Source: an uncultured archaeon | GTDB lineage: Archaea; Iainarchaeota; Iainarchaeia; Iainarchaeales; CSSED10-239 | Direction: 5' to 3' | DNA: 23,188 nucleotides | NCBI GenBank assembly: GCA_964496765.1 | Contig: CAZCAP010000001.1 | Location: forward strand, 1-23,188 | The notes under the pieces: generated by a model | Seen by the model: the letters and a program-made list of their open reading frames with translations, nothing else | Told to the model about the DNA's origin: nothing | The model's database searches: none | Translations under genes and position numbers: made by a program | Shown here: in pieces, positions 6,937 to 13,566 of the stretch | Layout of the letters: every line of letters starts with the position of its first letter | Numbering within the stretch: the first letter of the stretch is position 1

Positions 6937-8162
6937 TGAACTCATCAAAGGAAATATTTGAACTTATTAAAAAAGAAGAAGAAAGACAACAAAATACCAT
7001 TGAAATGATTGCTTCGGAGAATATTACTTCAAAAGCAGTTAGAAAGGCTTGTGGTTCTGTTCTTACAAATAAATATGCTGAAGGATACCCTACAAAAAGA
7101 TATTATTCTGGTTGTGAAAACGTAGACAAGATTGAACAAATTGGAATTGATACATGCAAAAAACTATTTAAATCAAATTTTGCAAATATCCAAGCTCATT
7201 CTGGATCAAATGCAAATGAAATTGCTTATTTTTCTTGTTTAGAACCAAAAGATAAGATATTAGGTATGTCTCTAGATGCTGGTGGGCATTTAACTCATGG
7301 TTATAAGATTAATTTTTCAGGTAAAATTTACGAATCTAATTTTTATGGAGTAGGAACTGATGGTTATCTTGATTATGATGTGATTAGAAAGCAAGCTATT
7401 GAAATTAAACCCAAATTAATTATTGCAGGAGCATCAGCATATCCTAGAAAAATTGATTTTTCTGAGTTTAAAAAAATCGCTGATGAATCAGGTGCGTTAT
7501 TAATGGTTGATATGGCTCATATTGCGGGTCTTGTTGCAACAAATCTTCATCAATCTCCAATAACCCATGCAGATATTGTTACATCAACCACACATAAGAC
7601 ACTTAGAGGTCCAAGAGGTGGATTTATTCTTACAAATACAGAAGAAAGAAGTAAAAAAGTTGATAAAGCTTGTTTTCCTGGATTTCAAGGTGGACCACTG
7701 GAACACATAATTGCAGGAAAAGCAATTTGTTTTAGAGAAGCATTAAAACCAAGTTTTAAAAAATATCAAAAACAAGTTCTGTTAAATTCCAAAGTCTTAG
7801 CAGATGAACTTCTGTCCTATGGTTTTAATCTAGTGACAGGTGGAACAGATAATCATCTTCTTTTAGTTGATTTAAGACCCAAAGGAGTTACTGGTAAGGA
7901 AGCAGAAGCACTTCTTGAGAAGTGTGGAATTTCAGTAAACAAGAATGCAATTCCAAATGATCCACAACCACCAATGATTGCTTCAGGTATAAGAATAGGA
8001 ACCCCAGCAATAACAACAAGAGGAGCAAAGGAAGAAGATATAAAGATAATTGCAAAATATATTAATGATATACTTACTAATAAAGATGATGATGCGCTTC
8101 ATCAAAAGATAAAGCTAGAAATTATAGAATTATTAAAAAATTTTCCAATAAATAAAATTTAA
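6936..8162 (+). CDS. glyA: Serine hydroxymethyltransferase
   Basis: IEMIASEN and the PLP-lysine motif [14 protein letters not shown], 408 aa. The GTG start overlaps the tmk stop by 1 nt (TAGTG). Confidence 0.95.
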   Translation: MNSSKEIFELIKKEEERQQNTIEMIASENITSKAVRKACGSVLTNKYAEGYPTKRYYSGCENVDKIEQIGIDTCKKLFKSNFANIQAHSGSNANEIAYFSCLEPKDKILGMSLDAGGHLTHGYKINFSGKIYESNFYGVGTDGYLDYDVIRKQAIEIKPKLIIAGASAYPRKIDFSEFKKIADESGALLMVDMAHIAGLVATNLHQSPITHADIVTSTTHKTLRGPRGGFILTNTEERSKKVDKACFPGFQGGPLEHIIAGKAICFREALKPSFKKYQKQVLLNSKVLADELLSYGFNLVTGGTDNHLLLVDLRPKGVTGKEAEALLEKCGISVNKNAIPNDPQPPMIASGIRIGTPAITTRGAKEEDIKIIAKYINDILTNKDDDALHQKIKLEIIELLKNFPINKI

Positions 8163-8179
8163 AAAAAAAGGTGGAAACT

Positions 8180-8788
8180 ATGCCTGGAAAAATAAAAAGC
8201 CCAATTTTAATAATGACCAGAAAGAAACTAGAAAGAACAAAAACAAATGCAATAAAGGAACATCAAAAAAGATTAAAGGAAATTAAAGAATCTCAAACAT
8301 ATCAAAATAAAAAAGCAAATGTGAATGAATCTAAAAAGATTGTTGATTTTACTATGTTAAGACGTGATCATAGTAAATTAAATGCATCTTTGAAGAAAGA
8401 GCCTAAAGGTTCATTACGATATTCTCAATTATTAAATAGTAAAAATATTGTAGAAAGTGCACTAAATTTATATAACCTAAATATAAAATTTAAGCATTAT
8501 AAAACAGGATATATTCAAGAATATCATTCAGAAATTGAAAATTTATGCAGTGCGAAGTTTTCCATTTTTTTATCGAATGTAACAACCTATCAAGAACGCA
8601 CGTCTTTTGCTGAGAGTAATAAATTCGTTAAAAAAACACTGCTTGAATTTAATAATTTTGAAAAAACACTTAAGTCTAAATTAACTAGTGAGGATTGGTC
8701 TGAAAATCAATTAAAAGCATTAAAATTAGTTAGTGGCTTTATAAGTGCTAAAAACCAAGAAATTTTGAGTTTAATTAAAAAAAATTAA
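8180..8788 (+). CDS. Hypothetical Lys-rich protein (202 aa from ATG 8180)
   Basis: The ORF track starts at GTG 8171. ATG 8180 is preferred because AGGTGG at 8169-8174 sits 5 nt upstream. No family recognised. Confidence 0.55.
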   Translation: MPGKIKSPILIMTRKKLERTKTNAIKEHQKRLKEIKESQTYQNKKANVNESKKIVDFTMLRRDHSKLNASLKKEPKGSLRYSQLLNSKNIVESALNLYNLNIKFKHYKTGYIQEYHSEIENLCSAKFSIFLSNVTTYQERTSFAESNKFVKKTLLEFNNFEKTLKSKLTSEDWSENQLKALKLVSGFISAKNQEILSLIKKN

Positions 8789-8802
8789 AGAAGGATGATT
8801 AT

Positions 8803-9219
8803 ATGAAAAAAATATATTTTGCAGGATCAATAACTGGTGGAAGGGATGATGCTCCAATCTATGCAAAATTAATCGAATATCTTAAAACAAAAGGTAATGT
8901 ACTAACTGAACATCTAGGAAATAGTACTCTTTTATCTACTGGAGAAAAATTAACAAATGAAGAAATTTATATAAGAGACGTCGATTGGATAAAGGAAGCA
9001 GATATAGTTATTGCTGAAGTAACAAAACCATCTCTTGGAGTTGGTTATGAACTTGGATTTGCAGAAAAATTAAATATTCCAATAATTTGTTTGTATAGAG
9101 AAGATGAAACAAACAAAGATAAGAGATTATCTGCAATGATTGATGGTAATAAATACAACACTATCATTAGATATAAGGATATTAATGATATTCTATTTAA
9201 ATTAAATAAATTATTATAA
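8803..9219 (+). CDS. 2'-deoxynucleoside 5'-phosphate N-hydrolase (DNPH1/Rcl-like, nucleoside 2-deoxyribosyltransferase superfamily)
   Basis: 138 aa. YFAGSITGGRDD aligns to YFCGSIRGGRED, VLTEH is shared, VIAEVTKPSLGVGYELG aligns to VVAEVTQPSLGVGYELG, and LSAMI is shared. This is a close motif-for-motif match to mammalian Rcl/DNPH1. Confidence 0.8.
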   Translation: MKKIYFAGSITGGRDDAPIYAKLIEYLKTKGNVLTEHLGNSTLLSTGEKLTNEEIYIRDVDWIKEADIVIAEVTKPSLGVGYELGFAEKLNIPIICLYREDETNKDKRLSAMIDGNKYNTIIRYKDINDILFKLNKLL

Positions 9220-9233
9220 AAAGGGGAAAAACA

Positions 9234-10100
9234 ATGAAAGCATATCTAGATATTATACAGCAAATTTTGGATAAAGGAGAACTTAAACACAATAGAACCG
9301 GTGTTGATACTCTTGCTATTGCAGGAGCAATGTTTGAGCATAATATGCAAGAAGGATTTCCTGTTCTTACTACTAAGAAAGTTCCCTTTAGACTTGTAGC
9401 ATCTGAATTGGAGTTTTTCATAAAAGGAATTACAGATAAAAAATGGTTACAGGAAAGAGATAATCATATTTGGGATGAATGGTGCTGTCCTGATAACGTG
9501 CCCTATGGACATGATGAAGTTACAAAACAAAAAATGCTTGAAGAAAGAGAGCTTGGTCCTATCTATGGTTGGCAATGGAGAAATTTTGGAGCAAAATATC
9601 AAGCTTTTGATAAAGCACCATTAGGAGAAGGTGTTGATCAACTAAAAAATGTAGTTAATAAACTTAAATCCGATCCAACAGACAGAAGAATGATTGTTTC
9701 AGCATGGAATCCCCATGATATTAAGCATATGGCTCTACCCGCATGCCACTATGGATTTCAAGTAACAGTTATTAATGATAAATTGAATTTATTATGGAAT
9801 CAAAGATCCGTTGATTCTGCTCTTGGTTTACCATTTAATATTGCAAGCTATGGATTATTACTCCATCTTCTTGCAAAGGAAGCTGGACTTAAGGAAGGTA
9901 AGTTAATTGGTTTTCTTGGAGATACACATGTTTATGTTAATCACATTGATGGACTTAAAGAACAACTTGCAAGAGAAACATATAAACTACCAACAATTGA
10001 AACAAGTGATTTTAAATCCATATTTGATTGGAAATATACAGACAGTAAATTAATTGATTATAAAGCACAACCAACTATTAAGTTTGAGATTGCTGTTTAA
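9234..10100 (+). CDS. thyA: Thymidylate synthase (ThyA, folate-dependent)
   Basis: Motifs NRTG, IWDEW, DRRMIVSAWNP, catalytic Cys in LPACH, QRSVD, LGLPFNIASY (Asn, so dUMP-specific) and GDTHVYVNH. The C-terminus is FEIAV. Confidence 0.95.
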   Translation: MKAYLDIIQQILDKGELKHNRTGVDTLAIAGAMFEHNMQEGFPVLTTKKVPFRLVASELEFFIKGITDKKWLQERDNHIWDEWCCPDNVPYGHDEVTKQKMLEERELGPIYGWQWRNFGAKYQAFDKAPLGEGVDQLKNVVNKLKSDPTDRRMIVSAWNPHDIKHMALPACHYGFQVTVINDKLNLLWNQRSVDSALGLPFNIASYGLLLHLLAKEAGLKEGKLIGFLGDTHVYVNHIDGLKEQLARETYKLPTIETSDFKSIFDWKYTDSKLIDYKAQPTIKFEIAV

Positions 10101-10108
10101 ACAAAGGT

Positions 10109-10585
10109 GTGATTTTGAGAGAGATAATAATTATTGTTGCAGTTGCAAAAAATAATGTAATTGGTAAGGATAATAGGATACCTTGGTACATATCTGATGA
10201 TTTTAAGCATTTTAAGGAATTAACCTTAGGTCATCCAATAGTTATGGGAAAAAATACATATCTGTCTTTACCAAAAAGACCGCTTCCAGAGAGAGAAAAT
10301 ATTGTTTTAACTTTTATAGATGATCCTTTTAATGAATCAGGAATTACAATTAAGCATTCGCTTAAGGATGCACTTGAGTACACAGAAAACAAAGATGTTT
10401 ATGTAATCGGAGGAGCAAGTGTGTACAAGCAAGCAATGGATGTTGCAACAAAGTTAGAGATAACAAGTATAGATAAGGAATATGAAGGAGATACTTTCTT
10501 TCCAGAAATAAATTTAGAAATTTGGAAACTAATAAAAGAGGATAAGAGAGAAGGATATTCATTTCAAACATATATAAAAAAATAA
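10109..10585 (+). CDS. folA: Dihydrofolate reductase
   Basis: VIGKDNRIPW, the acidic residue in SDDFKHFK, VMGKNTY, VIGGASVY and EGDTFFP. The start is ambiguous: GTG 10109 or TTG 10115, with AGGTG at 10105-10109. Confidence 0.9.
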   Translation: MILREIIIIVAVAKNNVIGKDNRIPWYISDDFKHFKELTLGHPIVMGKNTYLSLPKRPLPERENIVLTFIDDPFNESGITIKHSLKDALEYTENKDVYVIGGASVYKQAMDVATKLEITSIDKEYEGDTFFPEINLEIWKLIKEDKREGYSFQTYIKK

Positions 10586-10598
10586 ATGGTGGGGATTT

Positions 10599-11693
10599 AT
10601 GATTATTGGATTAACTAGTTTTTTATCTGCTGGAAAAGGCAGTGTTTGTGAATTTTTAAAAATTAAAGGATATCTAGTTTATTCTTGTTCTGATATAATT
10701 AGAGAAGAATGTAATAGTAGAGGTATTGAACTTACAAGAGAAAATTTACAAAATGTTGGTAACGAGCTTAGAACTAAGTTTGGTCCAAATATACTTGCAA
10801 TTAGATTATCTGAAAAAATTAATAAAGATATTACTAAAAATTATGTTGTAGATTCTATTATAACACCTGCTGAAATTGAAGAATTAAGAAAATTACCTAA
10901 TTTTGCTCTTGTGTTTCTGGATGCCGATTCTAAAATAAGATATGAAAGAGCAAAGATCAGATTAAGAGAGAAAGAAAATGTAAATAGTTTTGATGAGTTT
11001 ATGCTCTCAGAAAAAAGAGAACTTGAAAGTAAGGATCCAAATTCTCAACAATTGTTAAGATGTAAAGAACTTTCAGATTATATGTTGAATAATAATGGAA
11101 CAGTAGATGAGCTTCAAGCTCAAGTTGATGAGCTTTTAGTAAAACTTCAAGTTAAATTCAAGAAAAAAATGAATTGGGACGAATATTTTATAAATGTTGC
11201 AAAAGATATTTCTAAAAAATCAACGTGTATGTCTATGTATGTTGGTGCAGTAATAACCAAAAATAATACTATTTTAAGTACTGGGTATTCTGGAGCACCA
11301 AGAGGTACAAAAGATTGCTTTGAATGGGGTTATTGTTTTAGAAGAAAAAATAATATTAAATCAGGAACTAAGTTTGAATTGTGTGCTTCGGTTCATGCTG
11401 AACAGAATGCAATAATTAATGCTGCAAGGCAAGGAACAAGTATAGTTGATGGAGTTCTTTATCTTTATGGAGAAATTGCATATCAAGCACAAAATAAAAT
11501 GACGGATATATTTCCTTGTTTTATTTGCAAAAAAATTATTATTAATGCAGGTATTGTAAAAGTGGTTTGTTCAAAAGCAGATGGAACATTTATTACTTTT
11601 GAGGTTAAAGATTGGATTAATGATTGGAAGGAACATAACTTATTAGAAGATACGGTTGGATATGGAACAAACTATAATCAAAGCATTAAGTGA
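10599..11693 (+). CDS. Fusion protein: N-terminal P-loop-kinase-like domain plus C-terminal dCMP deaminase (ComEB-type)
   Basis: Residues 1 to about 185 resemble the small nucleotide / dephospho-CoA-kinase-like fold but carry a deviant Walker A (GLTSFLSAGKGS versus GxxxxGK[ST]). Residues from about 190 to 364 show WDEYF..STC, VGAVI, STGYSGAPRG, HAEQNAI and PCFICKKIIINAGI, the zinc deaminase motifs. Confidence 0.85.
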   Translation: MIIGLTSFLSAGKGSVCEFLKIKGYLVYSCSDIIREECNSRGIELTRENLQNVGNELRTKFGPNILAIRLSEKINKDITKNYVVDSIITPAEIEELRKLPNFALVFLDADSKIRYERAKIRLREKENVNSFDEFMLSEKRELESKDPNSQQLLRCKELSDYMLNNNGTVDELQAQVDELLVKLQVKFKKKMNWDEYFINVAKDISKKSTCMSMYVGAVITKNNTILSTGYSGAPRGTKDCFEWGYCFRRKNNIKSGTKFELCASVHAEQNAIINAARQGTSIVDGVLYLYGEIAYQAQNKMTDIFPCFICKKIIINAGIVKVVCSKADGTFITFEVKDWINDWKEHNLLEDTVGYGTNYNQSIK

Positions 11694-12375
11694 TCTTAAG
11701 CAGATTCTTTCTTCTCTTAGGAAGAAAGGAGACCCCACTCATGCAAGGAACGAAGAAAAGTATCTTAAAACAAATTTTAAATGCTATGGAGTTTATGGAA
11801 CTGAGCTCCATCTTTCTTTAAATGAGTTTTGTAAATCACATAAAGACATTTCTAAAGCGGACTTGTTATATTTGTTGGACAGTTTGTGGACCTCTAAGTA
11901 CCATACAGAAAAAACATTTGCAATTAAGCTTGTTTCCAAGTATATTTCTCTTTTTGGACCCAAAGATATACCCTATTTCAAAAAATGGTTAAAAGAATCA
12001 GATGGATGGTGTCACACAGATTATATTTGTGGTTTAGTTGTTGGTGAACTTGTATACAAGCACCCTACAATTAAAAAAACAATTAATTGCTGGAGAGATG
12101 ATAAAGTTCTGTGGGTAAGAAGAGCATCCCTAATATCCTATATAGTCTCCATAAGGCATACAGATAGGGACATTAAAGATGTATTCAACAATTCAATTTA
12201 TCTTTCTGGAGAAAAAGATTTTTTTATTAGAAAAGCAATTGGTTGGATATTACGTGAAGCATCTAAAAAATATCCAAAAGAAGTATTAGGTTTTGTTTCT
12301 AAATATGAAAATAAACTCTCAAATCTTTCAAAAAAAGAAGCAATAAGAAATATTAAATTAAAGAAAACTTTATAA
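11662..12375 (+). CDS. DNA alkylation repair protein (AlkC/AlkD-like HEAT-repeat family)
   Basis: KYLKTNFKCYGV, WVRRASLIS and FFIRKAIGWILREASKKYP are typical of the DNA_alkylation family. ATG 11662 is preferred over TTG 11656. It overlaps the deaminase gene by 32 nt in another frame. Confidence 0.7.
   Translation: MEQTIIKALSDLKQILSSLRKKGDPTHARNEEKYLKTNFKCYGVYGTELHLSLNEFCKSHKDISKADLLYLLDSLWTSKYHTEKTFAIKLVSKYISLFGPKDIPYFKKWLKESDGWCHTDYICGLVVGELVYKHPTIKKTINCWRDDKVLWVRRASLISYIVSIRHTDRDIKDVFNNSIYLSGEKDFFIRKAIGWILREASKKYPKEVLGFVSKYENKLSNLSKKEAIRNIKLKKTL
11863..11881 (+). repeat. 19-nt element TTGTTATATTTGTTGGACA, copy A (inside the AlkD-like CDS)
   Basis: Identical 19/19 to the reverse complement of 21803-21821. 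Confidence 0.8.
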
Positions 12376-12376
12376 A
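12369..12376 (+). promoter_or_regulatory. TATA box candidate for the small-ORF / K+ channel unit
   Basis: gaaaacTTTATAAA overlaps the AlkD-like stop codon. An AT-only tatatattatatatta follows. Confidence 0.35.
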
Positions 12377-12427
12377 TTATATATATTATATATTATAATG
12401 AAATATAGTTATAAATGAGGTTTTAAT

Positions 12428-12565
12428 ATGATAGATTATTTACTTCTTTTAATGTGCCTAGCTGCAGCTCTTTTTTTGGTTGTAGGTGGATATGCATTAT
12501 TAAAAAATAAGAAAAAAAAACAAGATTATAAATTGATTGATAAAATATGTCAGAAATTATTATAG
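12428..12565 (+). CDS. Small single-pass membrane protein, 45 aa (MIDYLLLLMCLAAALFLVVGGYALLKNKKKKQDYKLIDKICQKLL)
   Basis: Not in the ORF track. GAGGT SD at 12417-12421, 6 nt before the ATG. One hydrophobic helix followed by a basic tail. It overlaps the K+ channel start, which has no SD of its own, by 19 nt. Confidence 0.4.
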   Translation: MIDYLLLLMCLAAALFLVVGGYALLKNKKKKQDYKLIDKICQKLL

Positions 12566-13008
12566 ATCATAAAATTAAGCTTATCCTAGCTGTGTTGTTT
12601 GTTATACTTTTATTGGGAATAGGCACTTTATTGTTTCATAGACTTGAACAATGGGGGTATCTGGATTCTTTCTATTTTTCTGCAGTTACCTTAACAACAA
12701 TTGGCTATGGTGATTTGGTTCCCTATACAGATGTTGGTAAAATAGTTACATCTATATTTGCAATATTAGGTGTTGGAACATTCTTATTTGCTTTATCAGT
12801 AATTGCTCAAAATTCATTTGAAAATCGATTAAAGAAGTTTAATATCCATCCGTTTAAACACAAAACAATAAATCTGGTTAATGGTACTAAGAATAAGATT
12901 ACACCTGTCGCTAGAAGATCTATTCCTCATATTAAAAAGATTGGGTTTAAGAAGGATAACTTAGTAAATCAAAGAAAATCAAGAATGTTTGAAAGAAGGA
13001 AACTCTAA
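12547..13008 (+). CDS. Minimal 2-TM potassium channel (no RCK or ligand domain)
   Basis: The selectivity filter TLTTIGYGD is flanked by two hydrophobic helices. The C-terminal tail of roughly 60 aa is basic. 153 aa in total. Confidence 0.85.
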   Translation: MSEIIIDHKIKLILAVLFVILLLGIGTLLFHRLEQWGYLDSFYFSAVTLTTIGYGDLVPYTDVGKIVTSIFAILGVGTFLFALSVIAQNSFENRLKKFNIHPFKHKTINLVNGTKNKITPVARRSIPHIKKIGFKKDNLVNQRKSRMFERRKL

Positions 13009-13418
13009 ATTTTATTTCCTAGCCAAACAGAAAAGAAACCTAAGAATCCAAATAGGGCATAAACTGGATTAATGAACCAAAGAGGAATTGCGAAAACAAT
13101 TCCTGCTGGTAATGATGACATTCTTTCTTTAGTTTGAGCAAAGTAATAAATCACTGCTAGTCCAGCAAACACTAATAGGGTTGGTAGTATGTAGTGCTTA
13201 ATAAAATAAAACACAACACCAATAACTGCAATAATAAACATTATGGGACCAGACCATGAGCTTTGCATATTAAAATCAGGTATTAGGGCATATAGGAAAC
13301 AGATTACAAATAATGCAACTAAACCAGCGCTTGTGTGTCCTATTTGAAAGTTTTTAATTATAAATACTCCAATTCCAAAGAATATTGTTGACCAAAATAG
13401 TTTACTTATAAAATCCAT
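13005..13418 (-). CDS. Integral membrane protein (about 4 TM), unknown function
   Basis: 137-aa hydrophobic ORF with a GGGGT SD-like element upstream on the minus strand. It converges on the K+ channel gene with a 4-nt overlap. Confidence 0.6.
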   Translation of the reverse strand: MDFISKLFWSTIFFGIGVFIIKNFQIGHTSAGLVALFVICFLYALIPDFNMQSSWSGPIMFIIAVIGVVFYFIKHYILPTLLVFAGLAVIYYFAQTKERMSSLPAGIVFAIPLWFINPVYALFGFLGFFSVWLGNKI

Positions 13419-13566
13419 TCTTCTACAACCCCTTGTATATAATAATAGTAAGTTAATAAGTTATTTTAAAGCTTTGGATTTTATCTTCATATATAAACTT
13501 TTCTTTTTTAGGTTTATACCTAACTATAAAATAAGCTTTAAAAATAGCATTATACATATACTTTTT

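Noticed and set aside
6809-7000. 63-aa minus-strand ORF across the tmk/glyA junction
   Set aside because: It is antisense to two well-supported genes.
9197-9421. 74-aa minus-strand ORF across the DNPH1-like/thyA junction
   Set aside because: It is antisense to two well-supported genes.
10362-10571. 69-aa minus-strand ORF inside folA
   Set aside because: It is an antisense shadow ORF.
13474-13566. N-terminal 31-aa extension (TTG start) of the beta-propeller ORF
   Set aside because: The extension is Phe/Ile/Lys-rich and AT-only, looks like promoter DNA (ctttaaaaat), and precedes an ATG that begins directly at the ArsR-type HTH domain.
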